DNA of 64,000 nt, taken from positions 42,454-106,453 of the forward strand of contig JACPNP010000028.1 in NCBI GenBank assembly GCA_016185365.1, in the 5' to 3' direction. The notes under the pieces are model-generated. The model saw nothing but the letters and a program-made list of their open reading frames with translations. It made no database searches and had not been told where the DNA came from. Each line of letters begins with the position of its first letter. Within the stretch, counting starts at the first letter, position 1. This document shows positions 36,617-46,766 of the stretch, piece by piece. This DNA comes from Terriglobales bacterium (lineage in GTDB: Bacteria > Acidobacteriota > Terriglobia > Terriglobales > Acidobacteriaceae). The position numbers were made by a program, and so were the translations under genes.

Positions 36617-38194
36617 ATGAGCGAATCGCGCGACATCATCATCCTTGGCGGCGGGCACAATGGCTTGGTCACTGCTTTCTACCTGGCCAAAGCGGGCTTC
36701 AAGCCGCTGGTGCTGGAAGCCCGCGGTGTTGTCGGCGGATGCGCCGTGACGGAAGAGCTCGCCCCGGGATTCCGTTGCTCCACGCTCGCTCACTCTGCCG
36801 GCCCTTTGCGCGCGGACATCGTCAGTGACATGCAGCTGGAGTCGCACGGCCTGAAGCAGATCCGTCCGGATGTGCGCGTGTTCGCGCCGGCGCCCGACGG
36901 CCGCGCGATCCTCATGTATGACGATGTCGAACGCACCGCTGAGTCCATCGCTAAACTCTCTGCCAAAGATGCGACCCAGTACAAAGAGTTTTCGCAAGTG
37001 CTGGCACGAATGGCCACCTCACTCGCGCCGGTGATGAGCGCCACGCCGCCGTCGGTCGCATCCCCCAATACAGGGGACATGCTCGGTTTGGCCAAAACAG
37101 CTCTCGGCGTGCGCCGCCTGGGCAAGAAAGATCTGTATCGCCTGCTGCGCTGGGGCCCCATGGCCATCGCGGATTTCGTCGCTGAATGGTTCGAGACCGA
37201 TCTGCTCCGCGCCATCATCGCCGCGCGCGGCATCTTCGGGACATTTCTTGGGCCGTGGTCGGCGGGCAGCACCACTGTCTACTTGCTGCGCGCGACGGCG
37301 GACACTCATCCCGCCGGACCATCCATATTCGCCACAGGTGGGATCGGCGCCGTGACCCAGGCCATGGCCGCGGCGGCAATCGCCGCCGGCGCGGAGGTCC
37401 GCGTAAATGCACCGGTCACAGAGATCATTGCGAAGGACGGCAAAGTCACAGGCGTCCGTTTGCAAAATGGTGAATCGATTGCGGCCAAAGCCGTCGTATC
37501 CAGCGCCGACCCCAAGCGTACTTTGCTTGGTCTGCTCGACCCGGCTAATCTGGAGCCGGACTTCATGATGAAGCTCCAGAACTTCCGCGCGGTGGGGACC
37601 GTGGCCAAAGTCAACCTTGCGCTTTCCTCGCTGCCGAGGTTCACAACCGCCACGGACGAGAATGCGCTGAAGGGGCGTATTCACATCGGTCCGGAGATCG
37701 ACTACCTCGAGCGCGCCTTCGACCACGCCAAGTACGGTGAGATGCCCACGCACCCGTATCTGGAAGCGACCATCCCCAGCCTGTCGGACGCTTCCCTCGC
37801 GCCCGCGGGCAAGCACGTGATGTCCGTGTATGTGCAGTTCTGCCCGTTCAAGCTGAAGAACAGTGATTGGGACGCGCAGCGCAACGCGCTCGGAGACCTG
37901 ATGGTGAAGACCTTGGAGCAATACGCGCCGGGGATTTCCAGGCTGGTCGAACACCGTCAGGTGATCACACCCAAGGATTTGCAGGAGACCTACGGCCTCA
38001 CCGGAGGTCACGTCTTCCACGGCGAGCTCGCGCTCGACCAGCTCTTCGCCATGCGGCCACTGCTGGAGTATGCCCGTTACCGCACTCCGGTCAACGGACT
38101 CTATCTCTGCGGCAACGGCACCCATCCCGGCGCCGGACTCACCGGCGCCAGCGGCGCCAACGCGGCACGGGAGATCCTCAAGGATCTGGGCTAG
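36617..38194 (+). CDS. FAD-dependent oxidoreductase, CrtI-like family, paralogue 2
   Basis: The internal ATG at 36617 gives MSESRDIIILGGGHNGLVTAFYLAKAG. The protein is collinear with paralogue 1 down to LYLCGNGTHPGAGLTGASG. The track start 36473 overlaps the upstream gene. Confidence 0.8.
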   Translation: MSESRDIIILGGGHNGLVTAFYLAKAGFKPLVLEARGVVGGCAVTEELAPGFRCSTLAHSAGPLRADIVSDMQLESHGLKQIRPDVRVFAPAPDGRAILMYDDVERTAESIAKLSAKDATQYKEFSQVLARMATSLAPVMSATPPSVASPNTGDMLGLAKTALGVRRLGKKDLYRLLRWGPMAIADFVAEWFETDLLRAIIAARGIFGTFLGPWSAGSTTVYLLRATADTHPAGPSIFATGGIGAVTQAMAAAAIAAGAEVRVNAPVTEIIAKDGKVTGVRLQNGESIAAKAVVSSADPKRTLLGLLDPANLEPDFMMKLQNFRAVGTVAKVNLALSSLPRFTTATDENALKGRIHIGPEIDYLERAFDHAKYGEMPTHPYLEATIPSLSDASLAPAGKHVMSVYVQFCPFKLKNSDWDAQRNALGDLMVKTLEQYAPGISRLVEHRQVITPKDLQETYGLTGGHVFHGELALDQLFAMRPLLEYARYRTPVNGLYLCGNGTHPGAGLTGASGANAAREILKDLG

Positions 38195-38232
38195 CGGAAC
38201 AAATCGGGCGCTGTCGACGTACATGCATCGAT

Positions 38233-39147
38233 ATGCAAGGAATCCTCAACCGTTGGCTCTGGCTGTATCTCGCAATCTACATTGCGCTGCTTGTTGCACT
38301 TGTGAAGGTGGAAGGGCTTGCACCCGAAGAACCCCTGTTTGTACTGCTGGTTCTCGGCGGACTGTTCTCCGGCTTGGCAGTGCTCGTCACGCGCAAGTAT
38401 TTGGGGCTGGCGGTAGAAGTCCGAAATCCGGCTTCGGAACTGGTTATGATTCTGCTATGGCTGGTGCCGATCGGCGTCTACTTGGTGAATGGGCCGGGGA
38501 CCGTGCGGCGTCTGGTCCCGGATGATCCCTGGCAGTATTTCGCGTTGGGGCTCGCGAAAGTTGCGCTGTTCGTGGTCCTACCCGCGTTGATCTTCCGGTT
38601 CATGTTTGGGTATCGCTGGCGAGAGCTGGCGCCCGGCTCGCTGCGCTGGCACGATTTCCATCCCGCGATCTGGCTCTCGATCGCCATGGTTGTCTTCCAA
38701 TGCGTTTTTGGGCGTGGGTTGCGCGACCTGCGTGAAGCCCACGCTTCCCTTACGGTCGCGATCCCGGCCGCGGTAGCAGCATTTGTCTGGCTGCTGCTCG
38801 AAGTCGGCGTAGTGGAGGAATTCTTTTTTCGCGTCCTCTTGCAAGAGCGGCTCTCTCGAGTTCTCCGCTCGAGAATGGCAGGAATCGTCGTGGCGTCCCT
38901 GCTATTTGGCATGATCCACGCGCCCGGTTATTACTTTCGCTCGGCTGCGACACATGAAAATGTGGGCCCTCACCCGACGCTCCTATATGCGGTCGGTTAC
39001 TCCGTTGTTGTAACTTCCGTGGCTGGCATCTTCATGGGCACGATCTGGGCACGCACCCGGAATTTTGCCGTTCTGATCATGGTCCATGCCATCACGGATC
39101 TAGTGCCAGGGCTGTTGCCTTTTTTGCGTCATATGGGCCTCATCTAG
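38233..39147 (+). CDS. CPBP-family intramembrane glutamic endopeptidase (CAAX protease / Abi-like)
   Basis: From the ATG at 38233 the protein is polytopic, with the three CPBP motifs EEFFFR, FGMIH and HAITD. The first 122 codons of track ORF 37867..39147 are an out-of-frame overlap of the oxidoreductase gene. Confidence 0.8.
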   Translation: MQGILNRWLWLYLAIYIALLVALVKVEGLAPEEPLFVLLVLGGLFSGLAVLVTRKYLGLAVEVRNPASELVMILLWLVPIGVYLVNGPGTVRRLVPDDPWQYFALGLAKVALFVVLPALIFRFMFGYRWRELAPGSLRWHDFHPAIWLSIAMVVFQCVFGRGLRDLREAHASLTVAIPAAVAAFVWLLLEVGVVEEFFFRVLLQERLSRVLRSRMAGIVVASLLFGMIHAPGYYFRSAATHENVGPHPTLLYAVGYSVVVTSVAGIFMGTIWARTRNFAVLIMVHAITDLVPGLLPFLRHMGLI

Positions 39148-39223
39148 AGACTCTGGAAACTTCGCGACGTATCCAACCCCAAGCGACAGGTCGGTCTGTA
39201 TTGATGGTGACGCTCCCGGCGCT

Positions 39224-39301
39224 TGCGGCAACGGCACCCATCCCGGCGCCGGCCTCACCGGCGCCAACGCGGCGCGGGAGATCCTCAAAGACCTGCGCTA
39301 G
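39224..39301 (+). pseudogene. Orphan duplicate of the 3' end of CrtI-like paralogue 2
   Basis: 39224-39301 aligns with 38108-38194, with a 9-nt deletion and about 6 substitutions. It encodes CGNGTHPGAGLTGANAAREILKDLR* versus CGNGTHPGAGLTGASGANAAREILKDLG*. Confidence 0.8.
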
Positions 39302-39660
39302 CCCGGGTAGTGGGCGGCAGCTTGCACCACCTTCCCCTCGGGCCCAAACCGCAAACACTCCATGACTTTCACATTCCGCGGCATCGAGTGGTAGTAGATG
39401 CAGATGGAATCCACGCCAACCGTCACGTCGATCATCTCGAAATAAAGATTGGGATTCGCCTGCAGCGCGCGCTTCCAGTACTCGCCGACGGCCTTCTTGC
39501 CCCGCAGCTTCCCGCTCGGTTCACCGGCCAGCGCTGGGATGTACGGCGAGGCCATCTCGAAATCATCGCTGTAGTGGGATAGGATGCGGTCGAGATCGTG
39601 GGAGTTCCAGCTCTCGAGCCACTCCCAGGCGAATTCCATCGCGAACTTATGCGTCAACAT
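39298..39660 (-). CDS. NTF2-like / SnoaL-like (ketosteroid-isomerase fold) protein
   Basis: 120-aa ORF with the WLESWNSHDLDRILSHYSDDF pattern typical of SnoaL_2/NTF2-like proteins. Confidence 0.6.
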   Translation of the reverse strand: MLTHKFAMEFAWEWLESWNSHDLDRILSHYSDDFEMASPYIPALAGEPSGKLRGKKAVGEYWKRALQANPNLYFEMIDVTVGVDSICIYYHSMPRNVKVMECLRFGPEGKVVQAAAHYPG

Positions 39661-39673
39661 GCAGTTTTCGCAG

Positions 39674-41851
39674 TCAGAATCTCGCCATTTCCACCATTGC
39701 CTGGTAGAGATGCTCGGCCTGTGGCAGGATCACGTCCTCGCACTGCGGCTGGTAGGCGACGAAAGTATCCATGGCCCCCACGCGGCGCACGGGCGCGTCG
39801 AGATCGTGGAAAAGCTCGTCGCCAATGCGTGCCGCGATCTCCGCGCCGTAGCCCCAGCTCAGTGTGTCCTCGTGGGCCACGATACAACGGCTGGTCTTGC
39901 GCACGGAATGAGCGATCGCCTCCCAGTCATAGGGCTGCAACGTGCGCAGATCGATCAACTCCACGCTCACGCCATGATCGCGTTCCATGCGTTGCGCGGC
40001 CTGGAGAGCCCGCGGCACAACGGCGCCATACGTGATCACCGTCATCTGCGTGCCTTCTTTCCAGACGCGCGCCTTGCCGAAGGGGATCATGTGCTCCGGA
40101 CCGGGATACGGCGCCCGTCCGAAGGGCTCGCGATACAGCCGCTTGTGCTCCAGGAACAGCACCGGATCATCGCAGCGGATGGCCGTGCGCAGCAAACCGT
40201 TCGCGTCCAGCGCATTCGAGGGGAACACCACTCGCAGTCCGGGGATGTGCGTGAACGTCACCTCACCGCACTGTGAGTGATAGATCGCGCCACCCGTCAG
40301 ATATCCGCCGATGGCCACGCGCAACACCGAGGGGCAGGAGAATGTTCCGTTCGACCGCCAGCGGATGTTGGACCATTCATTGCGGATCTGCTGCATGGCC
40401 GGCCAGATGTAATCGAAGAACTGGACCTCAGGCACCGGCTTCAGCCCGCGGGTGGCCATGCCGATCATGCGGCCCACGATATTGGCCTCGGCCAGCGGTG
40501 AGTTGAACACGCGCTCCGAGCCGAACTCCACTTGCAGGCCGGCGGTCAGCTTGAACACGCCGCCTTTGCCCTTCACCTGCTTGTTCTTCAGGTATTCCTC
40601 GCGGCTGCAATCGGCCACGTCTTCGCCGAACATCACCACGCGCTCGTCGCGCTTCATCTCATCGCGCAGACACGCATTGATAAGGTCAGCCATGGTCTTG
40701 TCCGCGCCCTCGGGGCGCGCCGCCGAATCAAATGCGCTCGATGTCGGGTCGAAGTCCTCCGAGTGCACATGGCGCAGGATGGCGTTCTTCTCCGTGGAGG
40801 GCAGTGTCGCTTCCAGCGCACGGTCGGTCGCGGCCTGGATCTCGTCGTCTACCGACTTTTCCAGCGCGTTGATGCCCTTTTCGTCGAGGATGCCCTCTCG
40901 GATGAGGAACAGCTGCATGCGGCTGATGGGGTCGCGCTCCGCGTCTTTTTGCCGCTCGCACTCCGGGCGATAGAGTCTTTCGTCATCGGACAGTGAGTGT
41001 GAATACGGACGGATCACGTGTCCGTGGACGAACGCCGGACCCTTCCCACTACGGCAATACTCCACCGCCTTGACCATGGCGGCGTAACTGGCCACGGGAT
41101 CGGTGCCGTCGATCTCCGCGAAGTGGAAATTCGGGAAATTCGCCACCAACTTGCTGATGTTGCCGCCGGCCGTGTTCACTTCCACCGGCACAGAGATGGC
41201 ATATTGATTGTCCTCGCAGACGAACAGCACCGGCAGCTTGAGATTCGCCGCCGAATTCATCGCCTCCCAGAACTCGCCCTGGCTGGTGGTGCCGTCGCCG
41301 GTGGAGACGTACGTGACCTCGTCGCCATGGAACTGCACGTCTTTGAACTGGCTGTAATCCCCGGTGCGCTTTTTGGCGGCGTCGGGATGCTTCGCAAAAT
41401 ATCGTCCCGCCTCGGCGCAGCCCACCGCCTGCAGGAACTGAGTGCCCGTGGGCGACGACTGCGTCACGATATTCAGGCCCTTGTGGCCCCAGTGCGCAGG
41501 CATCTGGCGGCCGCCGGAGTTCGGATCATCGGCCGCGCCCACGGCTTCCAGCATCTGCTCATAAGGCGTCATCCCCAGAGTCAGGCAGAGCGCGCGGTCG
41601 CGATAGTAGGGATAGAACCAATCGTAGGCCGGCTTCAAGGCCATGCCCGCAGCCACCATCAGGGCCTCGTGCCCGGCGCCGGAGATCTGAAAGTAGATCT
41701 TTTGCTGGCGCTTGAGCAGGATCTCGCGGTCGTCGAGACGGCGCGAGAGGTACATGAGCCGGTAGAACTCCACCAGCCGCGGCGGCGTCAATCCGCTATA
41801 AGTCTTCTCCGTCTTGGCAGCCGGCGCTGCAGGGGCGGTCTTGGTGGCCAT
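39674..41851 (-). CDS. 2-oxoacid dehydrogenase E1 component, fused alpha+beta subunits (TPP-dependent)
   Basis: 725-aa ORF. The N-terminal half has [15 protein letters not shown] (TPP-binding GDG...N). The C-terminal half has the transketolase-pyrimidine-type [12 protein letters not shown] and a C-terminal domain. Confidence 0.85.
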   Translation of the reverse strand: MATKTAPAAPAAKTEKTYSGLTPPRLVEFYRLMYLSRRLDDREILLKRQQKIYFQISGAGHEALMVAAGMALKPAYDWFYPYYRDRALCLTLGMTPYEQMLEAVGAADDPNSGGRQMPAHWGHKGLNIVTQSSPTGTQFLQAVGCAEAGRYFAKHPDAAKKRTGDYSQFKDVQFHGDEVTYVSTGDGTTSQGEFWEAMNSAANLKLPVLFVCEDNQYAISVPVEVNTAGGNISKLVANFPNFHFAEIDGTDPVASYAAMVKAVEYCRSGKGPAFVHGHVIRPYSHSLSDDERLYRPECERQKDAERDPISRMQLFLIREGILDEKGINALEKSVDDEIQAATDRALEATLPSTEKNAILRHVHSEDFDPTSSAFDSAARPEGADKTMADLINACLRDEMKRDERVVMFGEDVADCSREEYLKNKQVKGKGGVFKLTAGLQVEFGSERVFNSPLAEANIVGRMIGMATRGLKPVPEVQFFDYIWPAMQQIRNEWSNIRWRSNGTFSCPSVLRVAIGGYLTGGAIYHSQCGEVTFTHIPGLRVVFPSNALDANGLLRTAIRCDDPVLFLEHKRLYREPFGRAPYPGPEHMIPFGKARVWKEGTQMTVITYGAVVPRALQAAQRMERDHGVSVELIDLRTLQPYDWEAIAHSVRKTSRCIVAHEDTLSWGYGAEIAARIGDELFHDLDAPVRRVGAMDTFVAYQPQCEDVILPQAEHLYQAMVEMARF

Positions 41852-41892
41852 GCGGGTCCTTGGGAACGGTGGAGATGCTGCGCTTCTATTCT

Positions 41893-42069
41893 AATGTACG
41901 AGGTACGATTTGCGATTTGCGATTTAGGATTTGCGATTTGCCAGGTGGTGGTGCGGTGCCGGCGAAAGGACGTATTTAGAGGCGGGACGTACAATCATCT
42001 TGCAAGGTCGGATCGCAGGGTCGAATGAAAGGCCCGAATTCACAAATCGCAAATCATAAATCGTACCTC
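41893..42069. repeat. Inverted pair of tandem heptamer arrays (GATTTGC-type) in a divergent promoter region
   Basis: The forward array at 41893-41941 reads AATGTAC GAGGTAC GATTTGC GATTTGC GATTTAG GATTTGC GATTTGC. The reverse array at 42042-42069 reads ACAAATC GCAAATC ATAAATC GTACCTC and ends 4 nt before the HAD gene ATG. Confidence 0.85.
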
Positions 42070-42073
42070 CATC

Positions 42074-42784
42074 ATGGCCCACACATTCCGTCCCATCCCC
42101 GCCGCCCGGCTCAAGCTTCTCATCTTCGACCTCGATGGCACCCTGGTCGATTCGCGCCAGGACCTGGCCAACTCCATCAACGCCATGCTGGTGAATTATC
42201 ACCGGCCGGAGCTGCCCGCCGATGTCATCGCCACGTATATCGGGGATGGCGCGCCCACGCTCGTCCGCCGCTCCATGGGATTCAAGGACGATCATGACCT
42301 TGCGCCACGCGAGGAAGAGTGCATCGAGGATGCGCTGGTCTTTTTCCTTGAGTACTACCGCGAGCACAAGCTCGACAACACCCGTTGTTATGACGGCGTG
42401 CTGGAGGCCCTGATGTCCGTCAGCCGTGACGACCGCACTCTTACCGTACTCAGCAACAAGCCGGTGAACCCGTCGCGCGCCATTGTGAACCATTTGGGCA
42501 TGGGCCCGATGTTCCGCGCCGTCTATGGCGGCAACAGCTTCGAGACCAAGAAGCCTGATCCCTTGGGCGTGCAGATCTTATTGCGCGAATTCGGCGCCGG
42601 CCCGGAGGAGACGGTGATCGTCGGTGATTCGGACATTGATATCATTACCGCCCGCAACGCCGGTATTTACTCCATCGGCTGCAGCTATGGCCTCGCGCCG
42701 GAATCGCTGGGCGAAGCTCCGCCGGATGTGCTGGTCAGTTCCGCCGCCGAATGGGCCGAGGTTCTGACGTTGATTGATCGTTGA
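42074..42784 (+). CDS. HAD-superfamily hydrolase, phosphoglycolate-phosphatase-like
   Basis: 236-aa ORF with motif I LIFDLDGTLVDS, motif II VLSNK and motif IV VGDSDIDI. Confidence 0.8.
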   Translation: MAHTFRPIPAARLKLLIFDLDGTLVDSRQDLANSINAMLVNYHRPELPADVIATYIGDGAPTLVRRSMGFKDDHDLAPREEECIEDALVFFLEYYREHKLDNTRCYDGVLEALMSVSRDDRTLTVLSNKPVNPSRAIVNHLGMGPMFRAVYGGNSFETKKPDPLGVQILLREFGAGPEETVIVGDSDIDIITARNAGIYSIGCSYGLAPESLGEAPPDVLVSSAAEWAEVLTLIDR

Positions 42785-42801
42785 AAACCGGTGCCGGTTT
42801 T
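42784..42801 (+). terminator. Small A-tract/hairpin/T-tract element right after the HAD gene (weak, possibly bidirectional terminator)
   Basis: AAAACCGGTGCCGGTTTT begins at the last nucleotide of the stop codon. The stem is short. Confidence 0.35.
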
Positions 42802-42916
42802 GATCTACGATTTGCGATTTTCGATCTGCAATCTACAATCTGCGGTCTACGATTTCCGGACTGTCTTTGAGTTCAAAGTTTACAAATCGTACCTCGTACC
42901 TCGTAAATCGTACCTT
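42802..42916. repeat. Second inverted pair of heptamer arrays
   Basis: The forward array at 42802-42857 has 8 units: GATCTAC GATTTGC GATTTTC GATCTGC AATCTAC AATCTGC GGTCTAC GATTTCC. The spacer contains the palindrome CTTTGAGTTCAAAG. The reverse array at 42882-42916 reads ACAAATC GTACCTC GTACCTC GTAAATC GTACCTT. Confidence 0.85.
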
Positions 42917-43505
42917 TTCGCCCCGCGAACTCCGCACCCTCCGCTCCCTGCACACGCCGGTGCGCATCCAGCGCTTTCTGGAAGCGATGCCGTATCACCA
43001 TGGCAACACCGCATGGTCACCACGCCGGGTCTTGCGGGAGCGTACTGCGCATTGCCTGGAGGGCGCTATCTTCGCTGCCGCCGCGCTCCGTGCCAACGGC
43101 TATCCTCCCTTGCTTTGGGACCTGGAGGCCGAGCGCGATACCGATCACGTTCTCGCCCTCTACCGGGTCCGAGGACACTGGGGCGCGATCGCCAAATCGA
43201 ACTACTCCGGGCTGCGCTTTCGCGAGCCCATCTATCGCACCCTGCGCGAGTTGGCCATGAGCTACTTCGACGATTACTTCAATTACGCCGGCGACCGTTC
43301 CCTGCGCGCCTTCGCCACCCGTCCCGTGGACCTCAAGCGGTTCGACCCCCTCGATTGGATGACCAGCGAGAAAAACATCTGGTTCATCGCGGAACACCTC
43401 TGCGAGATCCACCACACTCCGCTCTTGAAGTCCGGCATGGCCCGAAAGTTGAACCGCGTGGACCGCCGGAAGTTCGCCGCGGGCATGGTCGGAAACCTCC
43501 GGTAA
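42867..43505 (+). CDS. Hypothetical protein, possibly transglutaminase-like Cys/His/Asp fold (start uncertain)
   Basis: 212-aa ORF whose TTG start and first roughly 17 codons are a translation of the heptamer repeat. The conserved-looking core has TAHCLEGAIFAAA ... DHVLALY. The family assignment is tentative. Confidence 0.5.
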   Translation: MSSKFTNRTSYLVNRTFSPRELRTLRSLHTPVRIQRFLEAMPYHHGNTAWSPRRVLRERTAHCLEGAIFAAAALRANGYPPLLWDLEAERDTDHVLALYRVRGHWGAIAKSNYSGLRFREPIYRTLRELAMSYFDDYFNYAGDRSLRAFATRPVDLKRFDPLDWMTSEKNIWFIAEHLCEIHHTPLLKSGMARKLNRVDRRKFAAGMVGNLR

Positions 43506-43532
43506 CCTATCAGGCCTTCAAAATCCTGCCTC

Positions 43533-43561
43533 TTGACTTTCGCTTTTTATTCACCTAAACT
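43533..43561 (+). promoter_or_regulatory. Sigma70-like promoter candidate TTGACT-N17-TAAACT
   Basis: TTGACT at 43533-43538, a 17-nt spacer, then TAAACT at 43556-43561. It lies about 190 nt upstream of the 43754 ORF in a lower-GC stretch. Confidence 0.45.
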
Positions 43562-43753
43562 CCCCTTGTGACATCTGGCCTTACTCCCGGAAAGAGTACC
43601 CTTAAGCGCCCGCAAACCATTTGTTTTCCAATATTTACACGGATTGAACTGCGTAAGTCACTGATTCCAATGGCTTGCGTCAAAAAAAACCGGACACTTC
43701 CGCGCGCGGCGGGTTGATTTCAACATTAAAGGGGTCCTCAATAGGAGGAAGTC

Positions 43754-44122
43754 TTGAAGTTTCGCCTCTGCGAATACACATTTCCGGATGGTAGGGTTTG
43801 CGACGCCGTCTCAGTCCGGGGCACAGGCTATTGCCGCCACCACAAGCTTGATCTCCTTCGTGCTGAGAGGATCCGTAAGGCTGCCGACGCGGTCCGGGAG
43901 CGGAAACAAAAAGTTGTGAAACAGCGGCTCTACGAACTCGCCACGGCCATCGAAACGCCCCGCGCCGAAGTGCGCAAGCGATTGGAGGCCCTGTGCTCTG
44001 CCGGTTACATCCCGAAGGAGAATGTGGCGGTCATGACCAGGCTGATCACGTTCCAACATGAAGTGCAAAGGATGATTCTGCGCGATAATAAAAGATTCGA
44101 CTCTCGCATGGGTTGCGTCTAG
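43754..44122 (+). CDS. Hypothetical protein (122 aa) with N-terminal Cys/His cluster
   Basis: TTG start preceded by [31 protein letters not shown] suggests a zinc-binding knuckle, followed by a basic helical region. It sits in a lower-GC region. Confidence 0.5.
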   Translation: MKFRLCEYTFPDGRVCDAVSVRGTGYCRHHKLDLLRAERIRKAADAVRERKQKVVKQRLYELATAIETPRAEVRKRLEALCSAGYIPKENVAVMTRLITFQHEVQRMILRDNKRFDSRMGCV

Positions 44123-44171
44123 GAGCGGTCTCCGTTATTCGAGAGTGACGAGCGAGGCAGACAAATACTCA

Positions 44172-46205
44172 ATGGCCCAGGACTTTCAACTCGTTTCCGA
44201 TTACACCCCGGCCGGCGACCAGCCCCAGGCCATCGAGCAATTGGTCCGCGGCTTGCGTTCGGCGGAGCAGCATCAGGTGCTGCTGGGCGTGACCGGCTCG
44301 GGCAAGACCTACACCATGGCCAAGGTGATCGCGGAGGTCAACCGGCCCACGCTGGTCCTGGCCCACAACAAGGTCCTGGCCGCGCAGCTGTATCACGAGT
44401 TCAAGCAGTTCTTCCCTAACAACGCGGTGGAGTTCTTTGTCAGCTACTACGACTACTACCAGCCTGAGGCGTACATCCCCGCAGGCGACGTTTACATCGA
44501 GAAAGAAGCCACCATCAATGACGAGCTGGACAAGCTCCGGCTCTCGGCCACGCGCTCGTTGTTCGAGCGGCACGACTGCGTGATCGTCAGCTCCGTCAGC
44601 TGTATCTACGGCCTCGGCTCCCCGGACGCCTATTACGGCATGATGATGTTCCTCGAGAAAGGCCAGCGTCTGCGCCGCGAGGACATCACCCGGCGCCTGG
44701 TGGAGATCCTTTACGCGCGCAATGATGTTGACTTCCGCCGCGGCACTTTCCGCGTGCGCGGCGACATCATCGAGGTCTTCCCCACCTACGACGACTTCGC
44801 CTATCGCGTCGAGCTGTTCGGCGATGAGATCGAGGCCCTCAGCCAGATCGATCCGCTGTTCGGCACAGTGAAGCAGAAATACACCCGCCTGCCCATTTAT
44901 CCGAAATCGCATTACGTCATGCCGCGTGAGACCTTGAACAAGGCCATCGGCACCATTCTCGAGGAGTTGGCCTGGTGGGAGAAGGAACTGGAGAAGCAGG
45001 GCCGCCTGACCGAATCTCAGCGCGTGCACCAGCGCACCCGTTTCGATCTGGAGATGATCAAGAGCATGGGCTATTGTCACGGTATTGAGAATTATTCGCG
45101 CCACTTCAGCGGACGCCTTCCCGGTGAGCCTCCGCCCACGCTGCTCGACTACTTTCCGCGAGACTTTCTCCTGTTCATTGACGAAAGCCACCAGACCGTG
45201 CCCCAGGTGCGGGGCATGTGGGCGGGCGACCGCTCCCGCAAGCAGACGTTGATCGAATACGGTTTCCGTCTGCCCTCGGCGCTGGACAACCGTCCCCTTA
45301 ACTTCGAAGAGTTCGAGCGGCGCATGAATCAAGCCATATATGTGAGCGCCACGCCGGGGCCTTACGAGCTCACGAAAGCTGCCGGTGTCGTGGTCGAGCA
45401 GATCATCCGGCCCACCGGGTTGATCGATCCGCCGGTGGAGGTGCGGCCGGTCAAAGGCCAGATCGACGATCTGCTGCACGAGATCCGTCGGCGCGCGGAG
45501 CGCGGAGAGCGCGTGCTGGTCACTACCCTGACCAAACGCATGGCGGAAGACCTATCCGAGTACTACAGCGAGGTCGGAGTCCGCTGCCGTTACATGCACT
45601 CTGAGATCGAGACCCTGGAGCGGGTGAAGATCCTTAAAGGACTGCGCCGGGGCGAGTTCGACGTGCTGATCGGCATTAACCTGTTGCGCGAAGGCCTGGA
45701 CCTGCCGGAAGTGTCACTGGTCGCGATCCTTGATGCGGACAAAGAGGGCTTCTTGCGCAGCCAGGGCTCGCTCATCCAGACCATCGGACGTTGCGCCCGT
45801 AATCTGAATGGGCGCGCCATCCTCTATGCCGACGTGATGACGGATTCCATGCGCCACGCTATCGACGAGACGGAGCGCCGCCGCGCCATCCAGCAAGCCT
45901 ACAACCAGGAGCATGGCATCACGCCGCAGACCATCCTCCGGCCATTGGAGATGGGGCTGGCCGGATTCGGCGTGGCCGAGGCCGACTACGTGGACATCGC
46001 CCTGATAGGCGAAGGGGTGGAGGAATTCGCCGACCAGAAGTCACTCGACGACTTCATCGCTCGCCTGGAGAGTGACATGCGCGAAGCCGCCAAGAAGTTT
46101 GAGTTCGAAAAGGCCGCCAGGCTTCGGGACAAGGTGCGTGAATTGAGAACAAAGGAGTTCTTGTTCACAGGAATGGCAGGCGATAACGCGGAGCAGGCAG
46201 GATGA
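44172..46205 (+). CDS. uvrB: Excinuclease ABC subunit B
   Basis: [29 protein letters not shown] (Walker A), DESH box, YADVMTDSM, and a C-terminal UVR domain ([15 protein letters not shown]). The track start 44145 is an upstream in-frame GTG. Confidence 0.95.
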   Translation: MAQDFQLVSDYTPAGDQPQAIEQLVRGLRSAEQHQVLLGVTGSGKTYTMAKVIAEVNRPTLVLAHNKVLAAQLYHEFKQFFPNNAVEFFVSYYDYYQPEAYIPAGDVYIEKEATINDELDKLRLSATRSLFERHDCVIVSSVSCIYGLGSPDAYYGMMMFLEKGQRLRREDITRRLVEILYARNDVDFRRGTFRVRGDIIEVFPTYDDFAYRVELFGDEIEALSQIDPLFGTVKQKYTRLPIYPKSHYVMPRETLNKAIGTILEELAWWEKELEKQGRLTESQRVHQRTRFDLEMIKSMGYCHGIENYSRHFSGRLPGEPPPTLLDYFPRDFLLFIDESHQTVPQVRGMWAGDRSRKQTLIEYGFRLPSALDNRPLNFEEFERRMNQAIYVSATPGPYELTKAAGVVVEQIIRPTGLIDPPVEVRPVKGQIDDLLHEIRRRAERGERVLVTTLTKRMAEDLSEYYSEVGVRCRYMHSEIETLERVKILKGLRRGEFDVLIGINLLREGLDLPEVSLVAILDADKEGFLRSQGSLIQTIGRCARNLNGRAILYADVMTDSMRHAIDETERRRAIQQAYNQEHGITPQTILRPLEMGLAGFGVAEADYVDIALIGEGVEEFADQKSLDDFIARLESDMREAAKKFEFEKAARLRDKVRELRTKEFLFTGMAGDNAEQAG

Positions 46206-46377
46206 GCAAGGTTGCACCATAATCAGTGCGATTTGCGTGATTTTCTGCTTAAGCCCCATCTTCTCAGCCAGATGGAACATTCTCTAGATCCTAAGAGTGA
46301 GGTCTCTGAGGTATCTGATGGAAGCAGAAGAAAAAGTGATTGCACTGTAAGTTGTGCAAAAAGCACCGGTTTTGCTA

Positions 46378-46406
46378 TTGAAATTGGGCTAAAAATGCAG
46401 TAGAAT
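46378..46406 (+). promoter_or_regulatory. Near-consensus sigma70 promoter TTGAAA-N17-TAGAAT
   Basis: TTGAAA at 46378-46383, a 17-nt spacer, then TAGAAT at 46401-46406. It lies about 110 nt upstream of the 75-aa ORF, which has an AGGAAAGG SD. Confidence 0.55.
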
Positions 46407-46518
46407 CATATAGTTTCAGCAGTCGCTGCCGATGCCACCTGTATGCCCTCGGCATCCAGCGTCTGCCGCCCGGAATCGATAAAAGCTGGTTTGAATACTA
46501 AAGTAGGAAAGGCGAAGC

Positions 46519-46746
46519 ATGGCAAAGCGTCGTGGTAATCCCAACTGGGGAAAGCCGGAGCCCATCGGCCCGGTGATTGTGGTGCCGACCTCGTTCGAAC
46601 AGGTGGTGAAAGAGTGGAAGCTTGCGCCGGACCAGTACCTGCGCTCCACCCGCCTGCGCGAGTGGGCGCGCCGCAATAAGAACTCGAAGTACATCCCGGA
46701 GCCGTTGCTTGAGGCTTGGGGATTCGAGATCGAGTCCACCCTGTAA
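46519..46746 (+). CDS. Small conserved-looking hypothetical protein (75 aa)
   Basis: It has a good SD, its own promoter and a strong terminator. The sequence begins MAKRRGNPNWGKPEPIGPV. I recognise no family. Confidence 0.6.
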   Translation: MAKRRGNPNWGKPEPIGPVIVVPTSFEQVVKEWKLAPDQYLRSTRLREWARRNKNSKYIPEPLLEAWGFEIESTL

Positions 46747-46766
46747 GCCAAACAGTCTTCCACCCA

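Noticed and set aside
37867-38232. N-terminal 122 codons of the 426-aa track ORF (CPBP gene).
   Set aside because: This stretch is Arg-rich and overlaps the 3' end of the oxidoreductase gene out of frame. The CPBP-like hydrophobic protein begins at the ATG at 38233.
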